A DNA stretch of 57,427 bases, counting the filler, from Bipalium vagum (lineage: Eukaryota): NCBI GenBank assembly GCA_037834085.1. It is 3 parts of 3 records of this genome, joined end to end, with 100 filler letters (N's around TTAATTAATTAA, not from the genome) between each part and the next. Parts side by side here need not be neighbours in the genome. Positions count along the whole stretch, not along the records: positions 1 to 22,337 come from JBBMKC010222789.1; positions 22,438 to 39,286 come from JBBMKC010090305.1; 1 more part is not named here. One strand, written 5' to 3'. The position numbers were made by a program, and so were the translations under genes. This document shows, in pieces, positions 13,641 to 26,200 of the stretch; position 1 is the stretch's first letter; every line of letters starts with the position of its first letter. A model generated the notes under the pieces. The model was not told where the DNA came from and ran no database searches. It saw only the letters and a list, made by a program, of their open reading frames with translations.

Positions 13641-14572
13641 GTGTTGAAATACAGACCCTTGTGTACTATGAAAAAACCCGAAATTAGTTATGACTCACCG
13701 TAACACTTACAGATTTAATCCACCATTCATTCAATCACTTGTACAGGTAAAAATGTTCATCTGTCATTTTCTATTTCAAGACCCCTTGTGAATCGTGTAT
13801 TTCTTATCTTTTCGAGAAATGCCTTCCTTAGATGATCTTCGCAATACAATGGTTTGTTGTGGTATTCATTCACTTCTTTAAGCTCTCGGCGTATTTAGTC
13901 TATAATCAATAAACTTTTCTTCTCTTCTTCACATCAATACAATCAAAATATTCTGTGCAGCCTTTAATGAATGATTTTTTCTAAATGTACCCTTCGGAAG
14001 ATTCCATATTGCATAAATTCCCAAATTAGGTCTACTGATACGTTGGACGTCATGATAGTTAATACCATTGGATCAAGTTTATTCGAATTCAATAGTCCAT
14101 TTTGAGTAAAATATTGTATCATACATTTGCTGCAGAAAAGGGACGAAAATTTAGTAATTTTAAAATTTCTGAAGTTTGTACTCACAAATTAAAAAAACAA
14201 GAGGCTTATGGACGTGATTCTTGTTATTTTGAGGGGGTTTAAACATTTTTGAGATATTATAGTTGTGGTAATGGTTTTGTATCACATCATTTATTTTCAC
14301 GTTCTAATTAGGAATGAAGGACAATAAAAATCTCACTGAAAAATATTTTATTTATTTATTATTATTATTGATTATTTTTACTATTAATAAAAGGGATCGA
14401 AACCCCAAAAGTTAAATAATTTGTAAAATAAATTGATAATTTTTAATTGGATATCCTTTTCTATGTTTTTAACTGTCATCTAATGAATTTGATACGATTA
14501 CCATGGCATATTTTCTTTTCTAACAGAAATTTCTACCAGCCAATCATCGTAGAGGATGCCTTCTCTTCTAAA

Positions 14573-15551
14573 ATGATGCTGCTTCTAGCAGTAATTATGT
14601 CAGAAGAAAAAGTCTTCGAAGATATTTTAATCTGGTATGTTTTAAGCATTGTAATGTGCTGCTTTGGATTTTTGGGGAATTTATTTTGCGGATCAATAAT
14701 AGTTTCATCCAAATCTTTATGGAAATCACCTTTTTACAGAATAATCCTTGCCATAATCATTCCCGATCTCATAACTAACTTAATCTTTATCCCATTCGAA
14801 ACAACTCAGAACTTTTTGAAAATCTATTGGAATCAGAGTTTGGGAGACGACGTTGGTTGCATGGTTGAAGGAACAATTTATAGTGTGGCTGTATCTATGT
14901 CGAATATGAATAAGATGATAGCAGCTGGATATCGAGCAGGGGGGGTTGTGTTCCCCTCAAAATATCACTTAGTTTCCAAGATGAAAATAGCTACTATCTT
15001 GATAGTAAGCATTTCCTTTGTTCCAACATTCTTAATTTTTGTCGGCGGCACTAAAACCCTTGCATGGTATATCATAGATCCAATTCTGGGAGACTGCGCC
15101 GACATGTTACTAAATTTAGCAGTGATAGTAATTGTAAATTTGCTTCTCTTTTTCATCCAAATTTTTATAAGTTTTTTATGTTATGTGTCCATCTTAGTTC
15201 GATTTCTGATGATTCGATCAGATTTGAGTTTGACAAAAAACACAATAAAGAAAGCCAGGGGGAGTTTGGGTCTGGGCTTGAGTATGTTAATTTACGGTAT
15301 GTGTATCATAATCTACTGGACGTTTATTAATAACAAAGCTGATGGGACGAATTTGAAAAAGATCTTTTGGTTGAAGTTTATCGTCAAAGGATCCTATGGC
15401 ATAGCTCCGGTGAGTGAACTAATAATTAAATATGATGAAATAAGTTAATTTTTCTCAGTTGTTTTACATAACTCTCGACAGAAATATTATGAAGAATTAC
15501 AAGGCCTTTTTCAAAAATGGAGTTCACGAAAACCCCACTTCTTCAAATTGA
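14573..15551 (+). CDS. Divergent class A GPCR, copy 2 (paralog of copy 1); exons 14573-15409 and 15459-15551
   Basis: Colinear with copy 1 (CGSII.SKSLWKS.FYRIIL.IIIPDLITN, DVGCMVEGTIYS, ARGSLGL.LSM). It has a 49-nt intron at the same position (15410-15458, GTGAGT..CAG), and exon 2 reads LFYITLDRNIMK...SSN*. Other in-frame ATGs lie at 14483 and 14597. Confidence 0.88.
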
Positions 15552-16639
15552 ACATTGCAGCTTCGTTTACATTGTGTGGATAAAATTTCACTTAATACTA
15601 TGAAAACTGTTTTTGTCAATCGAAGAGATATTCAAAAAGTTTTTAAGTAATAAATGTAGGTCTACGAACATTTGGAAACCATGGTAACCGTTTTGGAACA
15701 GAATTACTTAGAAATATTCCCGCCTTTGATCCCAGTCTTAAAAATATAATTTTTCTTTTATTTCTTGTTGAATTCATTCTTCAGTCCACACCCTAATATG
15801 ATGATTGCCATTTCATAGGCAACGCGACATTTGATTAATTAATCCTATTTCTCCAAAGCCATAATTGTCATAACATTTCTCAAATATGCCTTATTACAAT
15901 TCCTCTCCCATTTCATAATTATAATAATTGTAAGACTGGTACAGAATGGCCATAACTCTGTTGGAAAAGGTCTTCAATTCAATAACGTCTTCAAATTTTT
16001 CTATTCCCTTGTTAAAGGATCTTCTGGTGGAAGGGACTGTAAATGTATTTTCATCTTACATAATATATTACTCAATCGGTGATGAATATAATCGAATTTA
16101 TTCATCCAATAAAATTTAGTGAAATATTTTTAATAATTTTATATTTTCTGAAAAATATGTCATTAATAATAATATAATTTCCTCATGCGTCGTGTATTAT
16201 GTTGCCCATGGGGATATGTTTAAAGGTCAGTGTCAAAATTTCACTATATATCCACACAAATTCTTCAAACGTGTGCTTGTGAAGTTTTGTCAGACCTTCT
16301 GTTCTTTTCAGGTAAAAGTTTATGGAAAACGATAGAAATTGTTTTGATGAATTACATTTGTTTCATAGTTTCTTTTTTAAAAACTTAGTTACTATTTAAA
16401 AATCTCTATTTCATAAGGTAATAATTTGTATCCAACAGCAAAAATTAATAAGTTTAAGACATACACAGTGAAGCCTTTTTAATCCTTTGTGCTATTATAC
16501 ATTAGAATCATAATAATCAATTAATTTCACATGGTCTATAAAATGAAAATCATATTAGAAAAGTAGAAACTGTGAGGTTTGATTAATAAATAAAGGAATC
16601 AAAGAAGTAGCTCTATCTAAATCAACAATATTTCACGAT

Positions 16640-17470
16640 TATGGAATGGAATTCATCAAGAAATGTGAGGTTTTGCGTTGTCATGGTTTCGATTTCCTAA
16701 TTTTTGCAGAATCTGCAGTATAGAATCTTTTAATCTACCCATGTGCTGACAATATACATCGGAGTTGATTGTACTTTTATTCGGCCGCAGCTCAAAACAT
16801 AAAATTCCCCTTATAATCCCACCAGACTGGTAGCATTTTTTTCTGATGACTTTCATATTTTGCTGTTGTTTGACGTGGATCACCGACCTCTTGCGCTGAC
16901 CATCTGTACGAAATCAATTTATGATTACCGGTGATGAGATTTTTTGAAAATGGATTGATCTGATCACGCTTTAACAACACATTGTAGATATTCGTTTTTT
17001 TACATGAAATGATTTTCCGTAAATTCATGTGGAGTCCAAATATCGAGTTTCTTTACGCATCACAGCTTTCCTAGATGTTTACTAACAGCAATTGTAAATA
17101 TGTTTAGTTGCCCTGCCGATTAAATTCAATAAAATCCATTATTCGCTCATCAGAACCTTCTATTGTCTTCCAAAAACGGATTTCTTCTTTAATCGTCAAA
17201 TTTTCGAACGAAATTTGTTAAACCGATTTTGGCACATGTTCATTTTTCTATGAACATGCATTACATTTTGTCTTTGTTAAAATAAATAGAATAACATGCC
17301 GCAAAATGCTCTTTCTATTACATATTTGAAAATGCTGTCAAAAATATTGAACAAGCTCTATGGAGTAATAAATTTAAACAATGTTAAAATTAAATTCAAA
17401 TCCTTTTTTACAAGATATTTATGATTAATTAGAAATAGAACATGTTGCATTTCCGTGGAAACAATATTGA
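16640..17470 (-). mobile_element. Degenerate mariner element
   Basis: NPFSKNLITG, KKMLPVWWDYKG, STINSDVYCQHM and HDNAKPH are spread over several frames. Confidence 0.8.
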
Positions 17471-17549
17471 TAATAATCCATTTATTAATTATAAAATTTT
17501 GACTTAACTTCATCGTACGAGAATTTCATTGAAAAGTTCTAATCAATAA

Positions 17550-17630
17550 TAAACTGGTGGCCCAAGGAAAGTAGTACACTTTTATTATAAAACTCGTGGA
17601 AAATTGTACTACTTTTTTGGCACCAGTATA
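17550..17630. mobile_element. Tiny (~80 bp) hairpin MITE with Tc1-like TIRs
   Basis: TAAACTGGTGGCCCAAGGAAAGTAGTACA versus the rc of the right end, TATACTGGTGCCAAAAAAGTAGTACA. TA on both sides. Confidence 0.6.
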
Positions 17631-19349
17631 TAAAGTAAGAATATTTTCTAATCTATAAAAAGTAATAAATAATAATTTATAAAAATGATAAAGTGAACAT
17701 TGTAAACTAAGAAATCTCGTTTCAATTATCTTTATTTCATATTTTGTTCAACTTGGTTTTATGTGACAAAGAGAATGTAACTAAATTTTGCATCTGTTAA
17801 AAAATCCTAAAAAAAGTTATTAGGATTCCAAGCTCATAAAAGCGTATGTATCCTACTTTTTCAGGTATAACATGAAAAATTTTCATTTCCTCAAAATGAA
17901 ATTCGTCTCATTAGGAAAAACGTTACCACAATCATTGTGGACATACCATGTCTAAAATAAGTTTAATTTAAATGAAACTTAACCATACATTTTTTAAGAA
18001 TATAAGTACTTTTTATTCTTCTTCCCAAAGTTTCACCGTACCTTTTTTCATTGTGAAATACTTTTATTTTCACGACTGAAATTTATGTTAATCAAATACA
18101 CAACAATTATTCCAATCAGAAAACGTAAATGTCAATTGACATACAAAGGGGTCGAAACCAATATGCAATAACGATAAAATGAGAAGTAATTGTTATTAAA
18201 AGCCAAAAAAGCTCATTAATGTCATCAATGACATTTTTATGTGTTTATTGCTGACTTTATCTACAGGGACCGACTTTCAATTTAATGACTGTCACTTCTT
18301 AGTTCAAGTGACATTATTTATTATGTTTTATTATTTATATTTATATTATATCAAAATTAAAATTTTAAAATTTTCACGTTCTAGATCCCACGGTCTTTAG
18401 TGACTGTTGCGATAGATAAAAATTAAAATGAAAAAGGAAAATATTTTTAGTACAATGAATAATTTAGTTGAAATTAGAAAATAATTTTTTTTGGGTTCAC
18501 ACGAGAGCCGTTTGCAAGAAGGATCGGGAATAATGATAATAATAATAATATTAATAATAATAATAAAATTAATAAAAATTAAAAAAAATAATATCACCCA
18601 TAGAAAGAAATGATTGGGTTAAAATTAGAAATACATATCTTTTTATTGGCTGTCCGTCAAATTCAAACACATAAATTTACATAATTATCTAAAGGGTTTT
18701 TTGTGATTAATCGATATTTCTTCAAAAAACTATGGATACCCGAGATTGACTTCACAATTTTTTCCAAATTGTTATAAAAACTGTCAAATAAATCTTTATT
18801 CTCATTTTTTATTATTTCACTTCATCCGGAAAACCTAGCGTCACTGATTCACAAATTATGATTTTTTCTCATGTGGGATTGTAAAATATTTATTGCATTC
18901 ATTATGGATTTTTTGCTTCCATGTACCCAAAATTGCTGCCACATCACTTGCTTGATTGAGGTTGTTCTTCTAATACATCACATAGCTTGTCCTTGTTTAC
19001 TTTAGATGGCCTTGTTGACTTAGGTATGTATAGGAAGCGGACAGAAAACAGTGGAATGTAGGAAGGTGGATCTCCTATATACGGAAAACGTCTTCCGTTG
19101 TGTAACAATTTCGACATCCGTAATCGAAAAAAAGAAGTATATAAAGGGTTTAGGGTCTTAAAAGTGCCTATTACTTGTATATCAGAAATACCATTAAATT
19201 TTAAAAATATTTTTTGAGTACGTTCTTCCTATATTAAATATATTTAAAGCATTTCTTTTTCACGACGAAAAGAGTAACAAGAAAAGCATTGTTATTTTAT
19301 GAAAGAAAACCCGAAAACCTTTACCGTGCCTTTACCGTACCCCAACATG

Positions 19350-19710
19350 AAATGAATTGGTTACATTCACAAATTGGGTATCCTCTCCAATGTTTCGGAC
19401 ATTTTTGAAATGATTGTCAAATGGAATTAATCCAGTTTCCATTTGGTATTCTTTCCTCTACAAAGGAAAACAAAACATTCTACCAGCCAATCATCGTCGC
19501 GAATGCCATCTTTTCTAAAACGGCTGCGTCCTTTGCAGATATTAAATCAGAAGAGAAAGTTTACAGAGATTGTTCCGTAATATTACGATATTTTGTTGCG
19601 GCTGCAATGATAAATTTGCTTCTTTATCTTATTCCAGTATTCATAAGTCTTTGTTCTACATTTCCATCATAATCAAATTTATGGTGATCTAATCCGATTT
19701 GAATATGAGA
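19350..19710 (+). pseudogene. Third GPCR paralog: internally deleted, TE-truncated relic
   Basis: Upstream sequence aligns with 7350-7480 and 14450-14570. SEEKV is joined directly to the ECL2-Cys/TM5 region (DCS...INLLL). There is a frameshift, a TAA in place of the IRSD arginine, and AAA in place of the MSE ATG. Confidence 0.8.
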
Positions 19711-20875
19711 ATTGGAAATAAGTTAAACAGAAAAGAGAGCTCCATAAGATGTTATTTGAAAAATGGAGATAGCAAAAATCAAAAGCCTGGCCCAAAGACA
19801 AAGACTTCGCCCAAAACGAAACGATTATTAGATTATTCGCAAAGCCAGCAATAAATCGATTTCAAACTCAAAAATTAAACATGAGCTTAACTTAAACGTA
19901 AGCAAAGAGACTATCCGCCGTGTTATCAACAATTCCAAAGTCTTAAAATACCAAAAAATTATGGTGAAACCACCATTTAAATTTGAACACAAATTGAAGC
20001 GTTTGCAATGGGCGAAAACTAAAGTAGCATGGGACGATGAATAGAAGCAGGTCATCTGGAGTGACGAAAAGCAATTTTATTTAAACGGACCAGATAGCCA
20101 TGCATAATATTGGCATGATTTGAGAAAAGAAAACATACAATTTTCCAAAAGATACTCGGGCTGAAGATCTTTAATGATTTGGGCCTGTTTCAATTTCAGT
20201 AACAGATCGAGTCTGGTCACTGTTTCGCAAGTCTAAATCAATTGGGGTGTTAGAGACTCTTGAAAGACAATCTACAATCTATTATAAATAATTTTGGTGG
20301 ATTCAGTCCTGTCTTTCAGCAAGATAATTGAAGCTGCCATGTATCCCGTTCAACCATGGAATGGCTAAAAGGCAAAAGCATGGAGGTTATGGACTGGCCG
20401 CCGTGCTCACCGGATTAAATCCCATAGAATTTTTTTGAGAGTGTTTGTTCGGAAGGTATATTCTCGTGGAAAGCAATTCGATTCCATTGATAAGCTGTGA
20501 TAGGCAGTTATCTGCTGTTGGGAAGACATGGTTCAATTCAACCTGGAAAATTTCGTAAATTCAATGACAAATAGAATTTATGAGTCTATTTTTATGCTCA
20601 CAGCAACTCAATAAACTATTCGAATCGTATTGGTATATTTTTTGTGAATAAAAATAGACTGTTAGGAAATTGCGGCAATTAATTTGTGTCGGTTTTTTCT
20701 TGATATTTTTATTCTTTGCTTAATATAGTTGGTTAAATTAAGAATTTTTCAATTATTTTCAAACATTTACATAAGACACTAATGGCTACATTGTCAAAAT
20801 ATTTTGAAAATTTTGAAATCTTTGGACAAAAGATAATGTCCTTTTTGTAAGTACGGCAATTAATTTGAGACAAAA
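19710..20875 (+). mobile_element. Degenerate Tc1/Tc3-like (DD34E) element, 5'-truncated
   Basis: VIWSDEKQF.LNGPD, YWHDLRKE, VFQQDN, MDWPPCSPD/NPIE. The subterminal repeat CGGCAATTAATTTG occurs at about 20673 and 20855. Related to the element at 30359-31728. Confidence 0.85.
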
Positions 20876-21913
20876 TAAATCTCGTCTTATTATAAAATAT
20901 AATTAAATGATGAACGAAATATCAAATCAAATTAGAGTATAAATATTTAATAATCAAATTAAAAAAGGAAAATAGTCAAACGTTTGAACACAGCGAAAGG
21001 ATATAATAAATAAAGTCCAAGAAATTCAAATTCTTTCAGCTGTAAATGGTAAGGTTATCTTCATATATCCTGAATATTTTCATTAGTTTTCACTTTACAT
21101 GATTCTTGAAGAATCTTAAAAAACCTTCCTTATTTACGAACGCAATTTGAAGTAAAATATATTTCGTCCCATTAGGCCTTTTGCACAGAAGTTGGTATGT
21201 CTTCTGGACAAATGTTACTAACAAAATACCACAATAATTGCAATACTTCGTGTCTGTGGTTATAAAAATGCTACCTTTTCTGAATTTATATCTCCACTGG
21301 TTTTAATTTTAAAATATCTGTACTTTTGTATGTTGAAGAATTTAATATTCCAAATAAAAGAATGAATTAAGTTCGTAATGCTGAACCAAGACTCTATCGT
21401 ATCTACATCTTTCACCATAAAGACCAAATAAACAACTGCCTTATTTTCAAAGTCTCTTAAAGTCTTATTCATCATTTTTAGCTTAATACTTTCCCATTAA
21501 TCGAAAAGCAACTTCTGTAATTTTTTAACAGATAACTGTTATCTTCATCAATAAATGATGTTATTTTCCAAGTAATAAAAATTGAATGAATCGATATTAC
21601 TGCCTGATAAAATTCGACACAAAATCATGTTACCCTGTTTTTTACACCCTGACAGTTTTATGATTTGAACTATGTTAATATAGAAATATGTTTAAGTTAG
21701 CTTTAAAACTCATTAAAAAATTATTTTAAAAAATTATTGTATAATTATTAAAATAGATTTGTTATGTTAAGGCGTTTTTTAAATTTTGATTTCATTTAAA
21801 TATATAAACTATTTTAAGAATAAATTAAATTTTTAATTAAAATCTATATGTAAAACATTTTGCTAATGATTAAGTAATATATATTTTTAATTTTAGAAAT
21901 TCTTTTGTAAATA

Positions 21914-22337
21914 TGGCTAAGATATCCATAGATATTCGGAAACTGGTGATAAGAAATTGAAAGAGGGTTTGTCCCAGAGGAAAATTTCAAGGAATGCTAT
22001 TCAACATATGATACGGAAGCTGCAACGACATGGAACTTTAAAAAACTTAAGTAAAAGTTATTGTAGACCGAAAAGTACACAAGGATTAGAAAGATCACTT
22101 ATTCAATGTCAAAAAAATCCCTAGAAAACAGCACCTTTTCTTTATCAATTGGAAAACAAGCCAAATTAACTCACTTAGTACTGTAAAGCACATTCTAGGA
22201 AATTATGGCTTATCCGGACGAATTGCAGCGAAGAAACCATATTAAGCGAGCGACATATAAAAAATCGTTTAAAGTGGTGCAAAGATTATAGCAAACTGCT
22301 TCCTTCTTTTTGGAATGAGGTGATTTTTTCTGATGAA
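21914..22337 (+). mobile_element. Tc1 transposase N-terminal relic, cut by the spacer
   Basis: MAKISIDIRKLVI*, GLSGRIAAKKP, RLKWCKDY...WNEVIFSDE. Confidence 0.8.
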
Positions 22338-22437
22338 NNNNNNNNNNNNNNNNNNNNNNNNNNNNNNNNNNNNNNNNNNNNTTAATTAATTAANNNNNNN
22401 NNNNNNNNNNNNNNNNNNNNNNNNNNNNNNNNNNNNN
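22338..22437. other. Artificial spacer (N44-TTAATTAATTAA-N44)
   Basis: Exactly 100 nt with a palindromic six-frame-stop core, identical to the second spacer. Confidence 0.95.

Positions 22438-22485
<48 letters not shown>
22438..22485. repeat. (ATT)n microsatellite at segment start
   Basis: About 16 perfect ATT units directly after the spacer. Confidence 0.95.
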
Positions 22486-22488
<3 letters not shown>

Positions 22489-23247
22489 CTCATTATTTCA
22501 CGATTTATGCCTTTGGTAAACCAAATAATAATTATTGAAAATTATTCAGATGTTCAATCCCAACATAATCATTTATTAATTAAAACACCAATAAAAACAT
22601 TTTTATTATTTTTAAAATTCTTTTTATTCTATAAAATATTTTATTCTATAATTTGTTTATTTTATATTTCCTCTTAAAGATTTTTCAAAACTAATCAAAT
22701 ATATTTTTATATTTTATTTATTCATGCCATTCTTTTATTAAACATTATTTCATTAGTTTTATTAACTATTGTTTCAAATCTGACTATTTTTTTCAACTGT
22801 TCGTTTTAAATTTAAAAGTTTGTATGTATAAAATTTTTATATGTATAAAATTTCTAAGCAATGAAAATAATTTTGAAAAATTAAAATTTTTAAAGTTAAT
22901 TTTATTAATATTTAAAACAAAAGTGAAAATTAGTTAAATAAATATTATTTTTAATGCACAACAACTTTAGGGGCTTAGACGTTAATTTTTTAAAATATTT
23001 TTATAATACTAAATTTTAATTTCTTAAAAAATATATAATTCACTTACCAGTGATATTTTTCTTCCTAAGCCTGATATTTTAATTTTAAAAAATTATATTT
23101 TAAATAATCTAAATATTCTAAATATCATTTATTAATTAGCATAATTAAATATTTAATTATTAAATTAAAAACATTAAAGAAAATGTATTGATGTTTGTTT
23201 ATATTATATCAATATTATATAGCTAAGAAAATTGACTCAATTCTAAA

Positions 23248-26200
23248 ATGGATTCTAAAATGATTAGAAACTTGAAAATGTTTCCAGTAATTGATTCGTG
23301 TCATTATATTTTAATGAGCATGGCTGTTCGTGAAGATTTTTTACAATCTGGTGGTATAATTAATAGACAAATAACGTGATATTGAATTTTAGGTAATTAC
23401 ATGTTCTCTAAAACCAATCCCTTAGCCTGTTGGATAGCGACAATTGCTATGTGCTTCGCTGGTAATATAATCTCAAGTTCATTATTAGGAGATTCATTAT
23501 TATATCCTTTACAAGATATTAAATCAATCTTATTAGCTACTTGCTGCTGGTAAATTTTAGAAGTATTTTAAAAGTTCCATTATAATTTTCAGGTATACCA
23601 TTAATTTTTCACCTTTTGATATCGTCTATAAGACATGCTGTATCTATCCTATAAGAATTTTTATTTGTTTGGTAAAAGAAATCCACAGGACATTTAAAAT
23701 TTATGTTGGTGTTTCGACGGCCGTAGAAAAGTATCAAAACGGTTTTCTTTTGTGGATTGTCATAGGGATGTTGAGAGGTATAGATTTAAAATATTTTTTA
23801 ATTTCTACTTATATTTATACAATAAATATGACACATTTATTAATAAAAATAAGTTAAATAAAAGCTTAGACAGATTTATTTAATTCTTCTTGGTATTAAA
23901 GAGATATCACAAATGTAATTAAATTAATAGCGATTATCAATAGATCTGTTAAGTCTCTTAAATATATAGTGGAGCAAGTTAAGAGTTTAACGATTAGAAG
24001 GTTTTTGAAGCGTGTTTTAACTATGATTTTTAATCGACTAAGATAACAATTTGATACATAAAACTCTTTTTATACTAAATGACAATCTGAATATATGAAT
24101 TAACAAAACAAGAGTGATTGCTTTTTCAACAATCCTCTTTAAGAACACTTTCCCGAGTTTAGGATTAATTAAAAGGAAGGATATCTTTTCGCACTGATAA
24201 AAATACCAGTGTCTCAAAAGTCCTCAAAGATATGCAATTCACCACCCTAATTATTGTGTGAACTACGAAAACAAAAAGAACTGGTTCTGAAGTGAAAGGA
24301 AAACAAAAAGATTAATTGATTTAAGGGTAGACCCTAACATTTACTTAAAAGATATTTTTAATCTTGTGAACATCATAAATTTTTATTTTTTAAATAGACG
24401 CATTTTAATAACAAAAAAATTTGTTTAAAAATATGTTTAGTTATACAATTGTGCAATTCATTAGAATTACCAATTGGGGATTCGATTTTTAATTTATTTA
24501 TTCAATATTATAATAATTGTGTGATTCGTTAGAATTACCAATTAAAAGGAAATAATTAATGCTGTTATTAAAGATTTCGTGCTGAGAGACATTTAATTTC
24601 TAAATGATTTAATAAATTAATCACTTTAAAATATTTTTATAATTTATGCTAAGATAATATTTCAAAATTCATTTTTCCAGCTTTTAGAAGATAATTATTT
24701 AGGCTCTGGAAGTTCGTTCATGAGATCAATAATTGGCATTTGTATTCAATCTCGGCATAATCCGGTGAATCACAATTTTAAATTGCCAACGTTAGATTTT
24801 CATTTATTACAATTGATATAAATAAATATAAAATATTAAACATTATCCATACAATAGTAGGAAAATTACTTTAATGTTTTATATAAATATTTTGTTATTA
24901 GCTATTTTCAAATAAGTGATCGGAAAGTAAGGAGGCAAGTAATGAAAACAATTTTATCAAGCATTGGGCTGATTGAGATCATCTTACTTTCAATGACGAA
25001 AGTATCCATTTGCTTGAGCTTCAATCTGGTTCTGCGCTTCAATGGGGAAACAGCTTACGCTTTATATCATCCGCTAGTATTCACAAAAAATCTTCAATTG
25101 GTCGTGGTTTGAGGAAGTTGCATGGTGTCAGTACAAATGAAACATTTTCTTTCTTTTAAGCTTAATGATTGCTAGTTCGGTCTAGTAGATCTAATCGAAT
25201 TTAAAATGATACTTTTCGATTTGATCCTTAATCCTATGCAAACAGTACTTAATATAATTATCAGTCTTTCTTCGTTTCAACAATTTTTGCGTGGTTATGA
25301 CTCTATGTCGTAAGTGATGGAAATCTGTGTTTCCGAATAAAGAATTATTATGAAACGAAAAATATTTCTCATCACAATTATCAAAACTTTTTTAGGAATT
25401 GTCAGCAATTTTCATAAAATTTTGCATTTTGTTAAAAAACTTGTGTCAAAGTTAAAAATTGAACAATATTAAACAAATTATATAAACAAACAGTTATTCT
25501 GTAAGTTTTGAGAGATAACTACCAGATTGATCAAAATAAAACTGATATCTAAAGAGATCTAAAAACTGGTGCAGTCAGACTACTAAGAGAGCTTGAAAAA
25601 CTTCATAGAATTTAAAGTTGTTATTGAATTTCTTTAAGACTTGCAATAAGTGATAAAATTATTTCTCTGAAAAATTTTATTTTCTTTGAAATTTGTTTAT
25701 TTAGAAATTAATAAATTTTTTTTTGTTAGAACGCCTAAAGCTGCTCTGGCTGTTTCAATATTATTTACTTTACAAATTCATTTTAATGGGTCTAGGTCTC
25801 TTGACAAAGTTTACTTGGTTGCATTAACTTTTCTTATGTACTTTCGGTAATATTTATTATTATTGATAAATGTTTTATTTTTTTCTAATTGTAAAAATCT
25901 TTATTCAAAAATTTTATCTTTTTCAAGGCAGTCCATGAAAATAATACTTTTAGCATCTCAAAAAACGGTAGCCAGAATTTTTCACGCAGAGAGAACCGCT
26001 TTCGTCTTCTTGGAGCTGGTTTGCCTTTTGCTGTCCATTGCATTGATCGAATTTTTGTTTCCGGCGTATAATGATGAAGCCAGATTTCGTCAACAGGGAT
26101 ATATCGATTAAAGAAATCTGGATGATATCGTATAAGCTCTAAGCTCTGCTCCGATGTTGCCATAGGATATTGTTTTTGCTGTGGAGTTATCAGAAGCGGT

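Noticed and set aside
13680-14190. Possible gag-like or other ORF remnants upstream of GPCR copy 2
   Set aside because: No diagnostic motif recognised.
14447-14482. TTG start of the 333-aa ORF
   Set aside because: Prokaryote-style start call. The gene is eukaryotic, and the ORF's 3' end also runs into the intron.
21000-21660. Minus-strand coding-like relic (NIQKYRYFKI)
   Set aside because: Too degraded to assign; probably a TE remnant.
22382-22393. TTAATTAATTAA palindrome between N runs
   Set aside because: Synthetic spacer, repeated identically at 39331-39342.
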